From Flavobacteriaceae bacterium (GTDB lineage: Bacteria > Bacteroidota > Bacteroidia > Flavobacteriales_C > GCA-002722245): DNA of 54,586 nt. The stretch lies in assembly GCA_964230605.1 (NCBI GenBank), contig CAXRIN010000012.1, positions 1 to 54,586 on the forward strand. The letters are read 5' to 3'. How positions within the stretch are numbered: the first letter of the stretch is position 1; each line of letters starts with the position of its first letter. The notes under the pieces are model-generated. The model did no database searches and had not been told where the DNA came from. It saw only the letters and a program-made list of their open reading frames with translations. Shown piece by piece: positions 45,901 to 53,714 of the stretch. The position numbers and the translations under genes are program-made.

Positions 45901-47971
45901 CTACAGCAGTTAAACCTGCATCATCTCCTGCACCCGAAATTGGGAACTCTCCATAAGGGGCATTCCACTTATCAAAGTTATTCATTCCATTATCTAAATA
46001 CTTAGTAGTGTATGCTAAACCTGCACTTGTTGCTACATAGAAAACAGATTTGTCATCAGATCTAGTAATCTTGTTAATCTTTACAGCTTCTAAACCAAAG
46101 TTTTTAGCTATTTCAAAATTACCTTGAGTTCCTGCATTACTTACAACAACTCCTCTTCCTACAGTACCAACAACTAAATTAGGATCTGCTGGACTAACCG
46201 CAGCACCATTGTTAGTTAACTGAATATTCTCCCAGTTTTCTCCTAAATCGTATGAAATTGCATCTCCTGGAATAATTAAAATTGTTCCATCACCTTTTAC
46301 ACCAGCTAAACTAGGATGATAATCAACATCACTTAAACTCCATCCAGATTGCATATTTAAGTTAGTCCATGAAGAACCTCCATCAAACGATCTGTAAACA
46401 TCTTTCCCTCCAACTGTTTGGCAAGAAATAAATAAAGTATCTCCCGAAGCATGTCCGTTACTTACAAAAACCGCAGCAACTCCATTAATACCTGCAGGCA
46501 TAGTAACTTGCGTGAAAGTACTACCATCATACTTGTATAAATCAGCTTCGCTGTTGTTTGGATTACCATCTGTATCAATCGCTAAATACATTGGATAACC
46601 ATCAGAAGTATTGCTCGCTGCTATTTTCAATACAGATGCATTGCCGCTAATACTTGCAACATCAGCAACCTTTGTGGTAGTAGATTGGTTAATAGCATAT
46701 ACAGATTTCCCAGACCCTACATAGAAATTGTAATCTGTCATCGTAATACATTTTACTGCATCATGTGAATCTCCTCCAAATTGGTTTTGAGAAATGTAAC
46801 CATCAAAAGCAGTTCTCCATGTTCCTGTATCTCCATTCGCAAATGAAATTACAGCACTCGTTAAAGTTCCAGCCTCTTGACTAGTTTGAACTCCAACCCA
46901 TCCATTGGTGTTAGTTAAAACCCTAAGAGCTCTAACTCCCCAACCTCTTCCACAGTCGTACTCTAAAGAGTCATTTGGGAAAGCTTGGTACCAAGTTTTT
47001 GCAGTATCATCAGTAATAAATAAAGATGCTGGTGTAGAAATTGCACCGAATAATCTACCAGTTTGTGAGAAAGTTAAATCGATACTAGCACCACCATAAA
47101 GCCCTAGGTTCTCTCTATCTCCTTGAGATGCCGTATTACATTCACCACCTCCATTATTATTGTTGTTATTGTTATTATTGTTGTTATTTGAACCATCACT
47201 TACATTGGCTGTAATCGTATCCTTACCAATTCCTGGAATATTGATTTCAACATCGTAATTTCCAATAGCGTCAAAAACTAAGTCTCCAACATTTGCAAAC
47301 TTGGCAAAACTACTTGTTAAGGTACCCGTCATATTTCCAGGTCCATTAACTTTTGTTAATGTATAAGTTCCAGAATACGAAGTATCTAGTTTCATGGTAC
47401 TTTTTGAACCTGCACCAAAAATTAGTTGGTTTGGTTGATTAACAACAGCTTTATCTAATTCAGAAGCTAAAACCATGTCTCCACCACCATTTTGGCATCC
47501 TGGACCATCACCAGTACAAGGATCGAAAGTTTCCCCGCCTCCGTTATTATTTGAATCGTCTTTAATATCTGGTTTCAATGTATCTTTCCCTATACCAGGA
47601 ATTGCTACTTCAATTTCGTATAATCCAGGAGCATCAAATTTGAAATCAGGTATGTAAGCATACTTGAAAATGCTTCCCGTTAAACCAGTGCCAGTAATAT
47701 TTCCTGGACCAGTAATCTTTGTTACAGTATAATTCCCTGTAAAGGAAGTATCAATTTTACCCGTTCCTTTGTCTCCAACTCCAATGAAAAAACCATCAGG
47801 TTGATTAGGAACAAATTTTGAAAAATCTGATGTCATCACGAAATTCCCGCCTCCATTTTGACACCCAGGACCTTCGCCTCCACAAGGGTCCATTTGCTGA
47901 GCATTTCCAATTTGGAACGCAGCTAATAAAGCAGCAGAAACTGCTCCTTTTTTGAGTAATTGTTGAATCAT
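45884..47971 (-). CDS. N-terminal fragment of the same T9SS-sorted BNR/Asp-box propeller protein (signal peptide, two tandem ~125-aa domains, poly-Asn, propeller blades)
   Basis: Preferred start is the ATG at 47971 (MIQQLLKKGAVSAALLAAFQIGNAQQ signal peptide); the track start is 48106. Asp-box-like motifs (SFDGGSSWTNL, SYDLGENWENI). It stops at 45884 with no sorting domain, and the +1 frame continues into the next ORF. Confidence 0.8.
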   Translation of the reverse strand: MIQQLLKKGAVSAALLAAFQIGNAQQMDPCGGEGPGCQNGGGNFVMTSDFSKFVPNQPDGFFIGVGDKGTGKIDTSFTGNYTVTKITGPGNITGTGLTGSIFKYAYIPDFKFDAPGLYEIEVAIPGIGKDTLKPDIKDDSNNNGGGETFDPCTGDGPGCQNGGGDMVLASELDKAVVNQPNQLIFGAGSKSTMKLDTSYSGTYTLTKVNGPGNMTGTLTSSFAKFANVGDLVFDAIGNYDVEINIPGIGKDTITANVSDGSNNNNNNNNNNNNGGGECNTASQGDRENLGLYGGASIDLTFSQTGRLFGAISTPASLFITDDTAKTWYQAFPNDSLEYDCGRGWGVRALRVLTNTNGWVGVQTSQEAGTLTSAVISFANGDTGTWRTAFDGYISQNQFGGDSHDAVKCITMTDYNFYVGSGKSVYAINQSTTTKVADVASISGNASVLKIAASNTSDGYPMYLAIDTDGNPNNSEADLYKYDGSTFTQVTMPAGINGVAAVFVSNGHASGDTLFISCQTVGGKDVYRSFDGGSSWTNLNMQSGWSLSDVDYHPSLAGVKGDGTILIIPGDAISYDLGENWENIQLTNNGAAVSPADPNLVVGTVGRGVVVSNAGTQGNFEIAKNFGLEAVKINKITRSDDKSVFYVATSAGLAYTTKYLDNGMNNFDKWNAPYGEFPISGAGDDAGLTAVAIDPK
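47153..47188 (-). repeat. Twelve consecutive Asn codons (AAT/AAC microsatellite-like tract) inside the propeller gene
   Basis: The plus strand reads attattattgttgttattgttattattgttgttatt, which encodes N12. The equivalent position of the first tandem domain has N3. Confidence 0.9.
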
Positions 47972-48355
47972 AAAACGAACTTTTAGTAGGTTAACTTGAG
48001 CTCGTGTACACCTACTTTTGGAAAAAAAAAGTTTCGTAATGGACTGAAAAACAACATTATGCTTTTTGACGAAACCACTATGCACTAGAACTACATAGGA
48101 TTTCAACTTATGGATGAATGAAATTCACCTAACCTAACATGGTGACTTATTTAAGGCCTATTGCTCCTTTAATTCCGATTGTTCGTCTTTCCTCCTCGGT
48201 TCTCATAAAGCTACTACAATCTAAGATAATGAAAGACGAGACTGAAAGGTATGCATTGAAAATACATAGTTTTAACTTCTGTAATTAAGATTATCTTAAC
48301 TTCCCAAGTTAGGATAAGAATACTAAAACTTTACTTTTATTGAATCTTTTATTAA

Positions 48356-48826
48356 TTAAAGATTTGATGTCTTTACATTTTCCAAATCTTGGATTTTGTG
48401 TACAATTAATTTTATTTCACATGTATCAGCAATTGAAAAAGAAGAGTTTACAAAATCGATATTAACAAACTTATAATCTCCCTCATACCAAGCTTCAATA
48501 TCAACTCTTGATGCTTGCGTCAAGTTCATTAAAGATGCTTTTTCCTGCTCATACATCAAATACTCACCATGATGAATTAAATCTCCATTAAAAAAATATT
48601 CCCATTTACCAGTCGGGATGCCACTTTCGTATTCACACAATGTTCGATGGTTTCCATTTTTGTAAGTCCCTCCAATTGGTTTTACAATCTCAAATTGGCC
48701 ATCTAAAACTTCATTTGATATTGAATCAACATATAATCCATTATATAATTTAACACCAGATATTTTATTCAGACAACTTGAAGCAATAATGCAACATGTA
48801 AACAATAGACCAAAAACTTTTCTCAT
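48356..48826 (-). CDS. Hypothetical lipoprotein (MORN-variant / YwqK-like impression)
   Basis: MRKVFGLLFTCCIIASSC lipoprotein-type signal (ATG at 48826; the track start is 48838). The GKWEYFFNGDLIHHGEY segment resembles MORN-variant repeats. The family call is weak. Confidence 0.45.
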   Translation of the reverse strand: MRKVFGLLFTCCIIASSCLNKISGVKLYNGLYVDSISNEVLDGQFEIVKPIGGTYKNGNHRTLCEYESGIPTGKWEYFFNGDLIHHGEYLMYEQEKASLMNLTQASRVDIEAWYEGDYKFVNIDFVNSSFSIADTCEIKLIVHKIQDLENVKTSNL

Positions 48827-48869
48827 TTCAAAACTCATTTTTCATTTGGAAAATTAAAACTAATTCATT

Positions 48870-48888
48870 TACTTTGAAATTCAAAGTA
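48870..48888. promoter_or_regulatory. 19-bp palindrome TACTTTGAAaTTCAAAGTA (operator candidate, copy 1), overlapping a TACTTTTG -7-like box
   Basis: Perfect 9-bp arms around one central base. It ends 9 nt before the ATG at 48897. A second copy lies at 49958-49976. Confidence 0.5.
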
Positions 48889-48896
48889 CTTTTGAA

Positions 48897-49571
48897 ATGA
48901 GTGAAAATCAAAAACATTTAGAAGATTTACAGCAAATACGCTCAATCATGGAGCGCTCTACTACTTTTATTTCTTTGAGTGGTTTAAGTGGAATTTCTGC
49001 TGGACTTTTTGGATTAATCGGAGCGGCTTTAGCATACTTAAAGTTAGCGGGTGAGTTTTCAATTTTACATTCGGGTGGTTTGTATTCAAGGATTGAAGTT
49101 ATTGATGTGAACTTTTTTAATGTGGTTAGAATGAATTTGGCCTACGGACCAACTTTAGATTTAGTCATTATTGCAACAGGTACTTTAGGGATGGCACTTA
49201 TTTTTGCTACTCTTTTTACCGCTAGAAAAGCAAAAAAAGACGGAGTTGGATTATGGTCGTCTACTGCTAAAAAACTATTGTACAATACTGCTTTACCGCT
49301 TGTAGTTGGAGGATTATTTTGCTTAGCATTACTAAAGCACGGACTATTTGGATTAGTTGCTCCATGTACTTTAATATTCTACGGATTAGCATTAATTAAT
49401 GGAAGCAAATTCACTTTACCAGAAATTAAATATGTTGGGATCATTAACATCATTTTAGGTCTACTAAATACCATTTACATTGGTCAGGGATTATTTTTCT
49501 GGGCGCTTGGTTTTGGTGTAGCGCATATCATTTATGGTATAGTGATGTACTTTAAATATGAAAGAAAGTAA
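48897..49571 (+). CDS. Hypothetical polytopic membrane protein
   Basis: 224-aa ORF with ~5 hydrophobic helices. Sits immediately upstream of the winged-helix regulator gene. Confidence 0.55.
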   Translation: MSENQKHLEDLQQIRSIMERSTTFISLSGLSGISAGLFGLIGAALAYLKLAGEFSILHSGGLYSRIEVIDVNFFNVVRMNLAYGPTLDLVIIATGTLGMALIFATLFTARKAKKDGVGLWSSTAKKLLYNTALPLVVGGLFCLALLKHGLFGLVAPCTLIFYGLALINGSKFTLPEIKYVGIINIILGLLNTIYIGQGLFFWALGFGVAHIIYGIVMYFKYERK

Positions 49572-49642
49572 TAGGTAATTATGAAGTCGATAAAACACAC
49601 CCTCTTTAAAAGAGCCTTAAAAGTGTGTTAAACGAAAACAAA

Positions 49643-49942
49643 ATGAAAGGATTAATTACAGATTTAAACAAAGCGTTTGAAAATCGAATTCGATTAGGTA
49701 TTATGAGTGTGCTCATGGTAAATAGTGAAGTAGATTTTAAAACGATGAAGGAGACGCTTGATGTTTCGGATGGAAACTTAGCATCGCATACTTCGGCACT
49801 TGAAAAGCAAGAATATATTGTCATTGAAAAAAAATTCATCGGAAAAAAACCAAACACAACTTACAGAGTTACAAAAGCTGGAAAAGAAGCATTTCAAAAT
49901 CACTTGGCAGCTCTTGAAACTTTGCTAAAAAGAAGGAAATAA
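49643..49942 (+). CDS. Small winged-helix transcriptional regulator (HTH_34/ArsR-like)
   Basis: MKGLITDLNKAFENRIRLGIMSVLMVNSEVDFKTMKETLDVSDGNLASHTSALEKQEYI pattern. The track start is GTG 49625; the ATG at 49643 is preferred. Confidence 0.6.
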   Translation: MKGLITDLNKAFENRIRLGIMSVLMVNSEVDFKTMKETLDVSDGNLASHTSALEKQEYIVIEKKFIGKKPNTTYRVTKAGKEAFQNHLAALETLLKRRK

Positions 49943-49957
49943 AAAATTTTATCATTT

Positions 49958-49976
49958 TACTTTGAATTTCAAAGTA
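49958..49976. promoter_or_regulatory. 19-bp palindrome TACTTTGAAtTTCAAAGTA (operator candidate, copy 2)
   Basis: Same arms as 48870-48888, and the surrounding ~30 bp are also similar (tcatttt...actttaaaa). It ends 20 nt before the ATG at 49996. Confidence 0.5.
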
Positions 49977-49995
49977 CTTTAAAAACGTAAAAACC

Positions 49996-50934
49996 ATGAA
50001 AAAGTCAATCATATTTTTATTAAAAGTCACTGCCTTTACAGTACTACTGGCAAGCACATTATTACTATTTAAACAAAATGGTTGGATAACCACTTTATTC
50101 CTTTCAACTGCCATTCAATTTACACTTGGATCACTAGCGTTAGCCGGAATAATGTTTTATTTAAAAAGATATAAATCTGTTGTTTATAGTTCAGTTGCTG
50201 CAGTTCTATTTTCGGTTCAATTCATAGGCTACTTTTTCGAGCCGGAAGAAACTATAGCAGAATTTGAATTTGCGCAACCAAGATTAAAAATTGCTCAATT
50301 CAATGTGCTTACTTCTAACAAATCAAAGAAGGAAACCATTCAACGTATCTTGAGTTCAGACGCAACTATTGTTTCTGTTCAGGAAACAGATATGGCGTGG
50401 GCAAAAGCTTTATCCGATGAATTAAAAAGAGATTATCCATTTTCGGTTTACTTTCCTACTGAAAGGTGTTGCTATGGAATTTCATTATTAAGCAAAGTTC
50501 CTCTGCAGAATTCAGATGTCACTTTTCATGGAGGCGTTCCCAATATTGAAGCGGACGTGATGTTCAATCATCAATTAACTCATGTCATTTCAAGCCATGC
50601 TCCATCACCGGTTTCAAGAGAAAACCTGATTGCCAGAAATCAACATTTAAAAGAGCTGAAAAACCACGTCGCTAAAATTGATAGCCCAACTATTATTATG
50701 GGAGATTTTAATACTGTTCCTTGGGACGAAAATTTAATCGCTTTACGCGAAGAAGCCAATCTAAAAGATAGTAGGAAATCTTACAATGCCACCTTCCCCT
50801 CCTATTTCGGATCAGCGGGAATACCTATCGATTACATTTTACATTCAAATGAAATAAAATGCACAAAATTTAGTTCTATTGCCATTCAAGGGTCAGACCA
50901 TCGTGGCATAATAGGCGAATATGTAATTAACTAA
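49996..50934 (+). CDS. Endonuclease/exonuclease/phosphatase (EEP) family protein with N-terminal TM helices
   Basis: 312-aa ORF with three N-terminal TM segments. EEP motifs: FNVL..N, VQE, GDFN, and a C-terminal SDHRG. Confidence 0.75.
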   Translation: MKKSIIFLLKVTAFTVLLASTLLLFKQNGWITTLFLSTAIQFTLGSLALAGIMFYLKRYKSVVYSSVAAVLFSVQFIGYFFEPEETIAEFEFAQPRLKIAQFNVLTSNKSKKETIQRILSSDATIVSVQETDMAWAKALSDELKRDYPFSVYFPTERCCYGISLLSKVPLQNSDVTFHGGVPNIEADVMFNHQLTHVISSHAPSPVSRENLIARNQHLKELKNHVAKIDSPTIIMGDFNTVPWDENLIALREEANLKDSRKSYNATFPSYFGSAGIPIDYILHSNEIKCTKFSSIAIQGSDHRGIIGEYVIN

Positions 50935-50936
50935 TA

Positions 50937-50985
50937 ATCTTCCCCTCAGCCTTCGGCAGCTCCCCTTAAAAAGCGGAGCAGTTGA
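50937..50985. repeat. Solo, diverged copy of the DUF559-flanking structured repeat
   Basis: atcttcccctcagccttcggcagctccccttaaaaagcggagcagttga aligns with 39568-39614. The first hairpin carries a compensatory change (ccc/ggg to gcc/ggc). Confidence 0.7.
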
Positions 50986-51051
50986 TACTAAAATCGAACT
51001 TTTTAAAAGGATCGACGGAGATTAAACTGTCTAAATCAAAAACCAATAATC

Positions 51052-53589
51052 ATGGAATCAGAAAATCAATCAACACAAAATCCACGCAAAGGAAACATTG
51101 CAATCACATGGGTTGGAAGGGTTTTAGTTATCCTTTCATTCCTAAACTATTATGCTATAAAAGGCTCTAAACTGAGCAGTAATCGATTTATGGATGACGA
51201 CGGATTTGTTTTCATCACCTTCGTTGTAGCCCTGGGATATTTTATCACCATTTTAATCAACTCAATTACCTACAATAAATTCAGGTTTTTAAGATTGGAC
51301 AAAGGACATTTCTCAATTTCAGTTGCACTACTTTGTATAAGTGCCTACACTTTGAATTTAGAATTTGATGTCTTCGAACAATTCAGTTTATGGTGTGAGC
51401 TTACTTTGTTTGCCATACTAATTCCACTTTTTACCAACGACTGGTTTAATAAGCTTCCCGGAATTGGTAAATGGATTTATAGTTTCGTCATGGGATTCGG
51501 GATGATTTTAGCATTGTACTTTACTATTTACCTTCTTCCTGCTTGGCCGCTTGGTGTATTAGCCATCTTGTTTTTAGGATTAGGAATGCATTTCTTTGCG
51601 CCTGCTATTTTACTGTTTACTTTAATTGTTCAATACAAAAAACTAAAACGTTCAAAAAGAGATTTAACCGGATTACTTTCTGGAATTTTATTCCCAGTTG
51701 TCGTGGTAATTTACTTATCAATAAATTGGGGAATTGCAGTGAACAAAATCCATAAAGCAGAACAAAATGTGCCAGCATTTCCGAGGGAATTTCCTGAATG
51801 GTATTACTTGAGTCAGCAATTATACAACGATTATTTTGTAGATCTTGTTCTACAAGGAAACCTAGCCTATAGTACGCCGAAAAACACAGATGTAACAGGA
51901 TTATTTAATGGAAGAGGTGGAACTTCGGCATACGGAGATAGATTCCGTCATGACCCATTAATTTTTACAACTGCACTTTTAGGAAGAGAAATTAATTTAG
52001 ATAAGGAAACTCGATTCAAATTACTGGAAGTTAATTATGCTTCACGTCATCAAACCGAAGAAAAACTGTGGGCGGGGAAAGATTTAGAGACAAAAAAGAT
52101 TGAAAATAATGTTCAAATATTTCCAGAATATCGAATGGCTTACAACGAAAAGACTATCACAATTCATAATGGCAGAAAACCAGGTTGGCGAGATGATCAA
52201 GAGGCTTTGTACAATTTTCACTTGCCTGAAGGTGCATCTGTAAGTTCTTTATCTCTATGGGTAAATGGCGTTGAAAGACAATCTCGATTAACCACAAAAA
52301 AGAAAGCTTCGCAAGCTTATAATCAAATTGTTGGTGTACAAAGACGAGATCCTGCCATTGCTCACTGGCAAGAAGGAAACCGTGTTACTGTTCGTGTTTT
52401 CCCTTGTCCACCTGAAGAATACAGGGTATTTAAAGTTGGTATTACAAGTCCGTTATTAAAAACAGGAGAAACACTCACGTATTCCGACACCTATTTAGAA
52501 GGGCCAATTTTAAAAAATGCCGAAGTTGTTTCAAATATAATTATTGATGGGAAGGAAATAGACTTAGATATGCCTTTTAGTTTTAATAAAGTAGGTGAAA
52601 AAAGTTACCAATATAATGGTTCATTCAACAACTATTTAACCATATCAATGAAAGACCCTGGACTAAGTAAAAATTCGTTTTGTTTCAATGGAAATTGTTA
52701 CCAATTAACTGAATCAAAATCAGAAAATAAATTCAAGCAATACGATAATATTTACTTAGATATAAATGATTCATGGAATGATGAAGAAATTGAGCAAGTA
52801 TTCTCAGTCTTTAAAAATCAAAAATTATGGGTTTACAATGCAGGGAAAATCAAAAGTGTAAAATCTGCAGGTGATGAAGTAATTAGTCAATTACATGATT
52901 TGAGTTTTAACCACATCCCGCTCTACGCATTAGATTCGACTAATTCGTTAATCATCACCAAAAATTCAGGTATCGCTCCAAATGTTGGCGATTTAAAATC
53001 CAGTGGATTCGCCATAAAGACAAAGAAATTTATGGCCAACACTTCATTTGTACCTGATGTTTTCTCATTAAACTATTTGAATGATTATTGGGGGACGCTT
53101 AACCAATTACAGTTAGTGAATGTTAGTTATGGGGATTTAAACGAATTGAAAGACATGGTGATCAATCATAGGTTTGAATATAAATCAGAAAATGATGATT
53201 TGGTTTACATTGACCAAGCTGAAATGATGATTGTGAAAACTGATAGTTCAGCTAAAAGCGAAGCTCCTGATCACTTATTAAGGCTTTTTGGTTACAACCA
53301 AATCCTCAAAAAAATTGGTAGAAAGTTTTATGACAGAGAGCAATGTGAAGACGATTTATTACACATTGCCAATGAAGCCTTTGTACTAAGTCCAATTTCC
53401 AGTATGGTTGTTCTGGAAACCGATAATGATTACGATCGATTTGGCATTAAGGAGAATAAAAACTCATTAAGTAACGCGAAAATGAAATCATCAGGGTCTG
53501 TTCCAGAACCGCATGAATTGGTGCTTATTTTCTTAGGAGGAGTAATATTAATGTATTTGTACAGACGAAAAGTGAATATGGCGGCTTGA
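51052..53589 (+). CDS. Polytopic membrane protein with VIT domain and C-terminal PEP-CTERM-type sorting signal (XrtN-system VIT protein-like)
   Basis: 845-aa ORF. About 7-8 TM helices in the first 230 aa. VIT-like region (FHLPEGASVSSLSLWVNGVERQSRL...RRDPAIAHWQEGNRVTVRVFPCPP). C-terminus SVPEPHELVLIFLGGVILMYLYRRK, i.e. VPEP + TM + basic cluster (VPEP codons at 53500-53511). Confidence 0.75.
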   Translation: MESENQSTQNPRKGNIAITWVGRVLVILSFLNYYAIKGSKLSSNRFMDDDGFVFITFVVALGYFITILINSITYNKFRFLRLDKGHFSISVALLCISAYTLNLEFDVFEQFSLWCELTLFAILIPLFTNDWFNKLPGIGKWIYSFVMGFGMILALYFTIYLLPAWPLGVLAILFLGLGMHFFAPAILLFTLIVQYKKLKRSKRDLTGLLSGILFPVVVVIYLSINWGIAVNKIHKAEQNVPAFPREFPEWYYLSQQLYNDYFVDLVLQGNLAYSTPKNTDVTGLFNGRGGTSAYGDRFRHDPLIFTTALLGREINLDKETRFKLLEVNYASRHQTEEKLWAGKDLETKKIENNVQIFPEYRMAYNEKTITIHNGRKPGWRDDQEALYNFHLPEGASVSSLSLWVNGVERQSRLTTKKKASQAYNQIVGVQRRDPAIAHWQEGNRVTVRVFPCPPEEYRVFKVGITSPLLKTGETLTYSDTYLEGPILKNAEVVSNIIIDGKEIDLDMPFSFNKVGEKSYQYNGSFNNYLTISMKDPGLSKNSFCFNGNCYQLTESKSENKFKQYDNIYLDINDSWNDEEIEQVFSVFKNQKLWVYNAGKIKSVKSAGDEVISQLHDLSFNHIPLYALDSTNSLIITKNSGIAPNVGDLKSSGFAIKTKKFMANTSFVPDVFSLNYLNDYWGTLNQLQLVNVSYGDLNELKDMVINHRFEYKSENDDLVYIDQAEMMIVKTDSSAKSEAPDHLLRLFGYNQILKKIGRKFYDREQCEDDLLHIANEAFVLSPISSMVVLETDNDYDRFGIKENKNSLSNAKMKSSGSVPEPHELVLIFLGGVILMYLYRRKVNMAA

Positions 53590-53605
53590 TTTAATTTAAA
53601 GCGTC

Positions 53606-53701
53606 TGTAGTGGCCGATGAAAATCGGCCATAGCAAGGCATTAATTAAGTTAGATTTTGAAGTACAAAACTGGTTATGGCCGATTTTCATCGGCAACTAC
53701 A
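53606..53701. repeat. Inverted pair of REP-like hairpin repeats (copies C and D)
   Basis: Copy C is tgtagtggccgatgaaaatcggccatagca (53606-53636, reverse orientation). Copy D is ttatggccgattttcatcggcaactaca (53674-53701). They are separated by 37 nt. The stems carry a compensatory T/A to G/C change relative to copies A and B. Confidence 0.8.
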
Positions 53702-53714
53702 GAATTTAAATTCC

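Noticed and set aside
49572-49642. Nested hairpin (acacac...gtgtgt enclosing ctctt-taa-aagag) between the membrane protein gene and the regulator gene, as a possible attenuator.
   Set aside because: The stems are short, there is no U-tract, and the outer stem overlaps the possible GTG start region. It cannot be distinguished from chance in a single sequence.
26791-53701. A possible CRISPR array, given the recurring 27-30-nt palindromic repeats.
   Set aside because: The copies are tens of kb apart or form a single inverted pair, with no regular repeat-spacer periodicity. No cas genes are present in the window.
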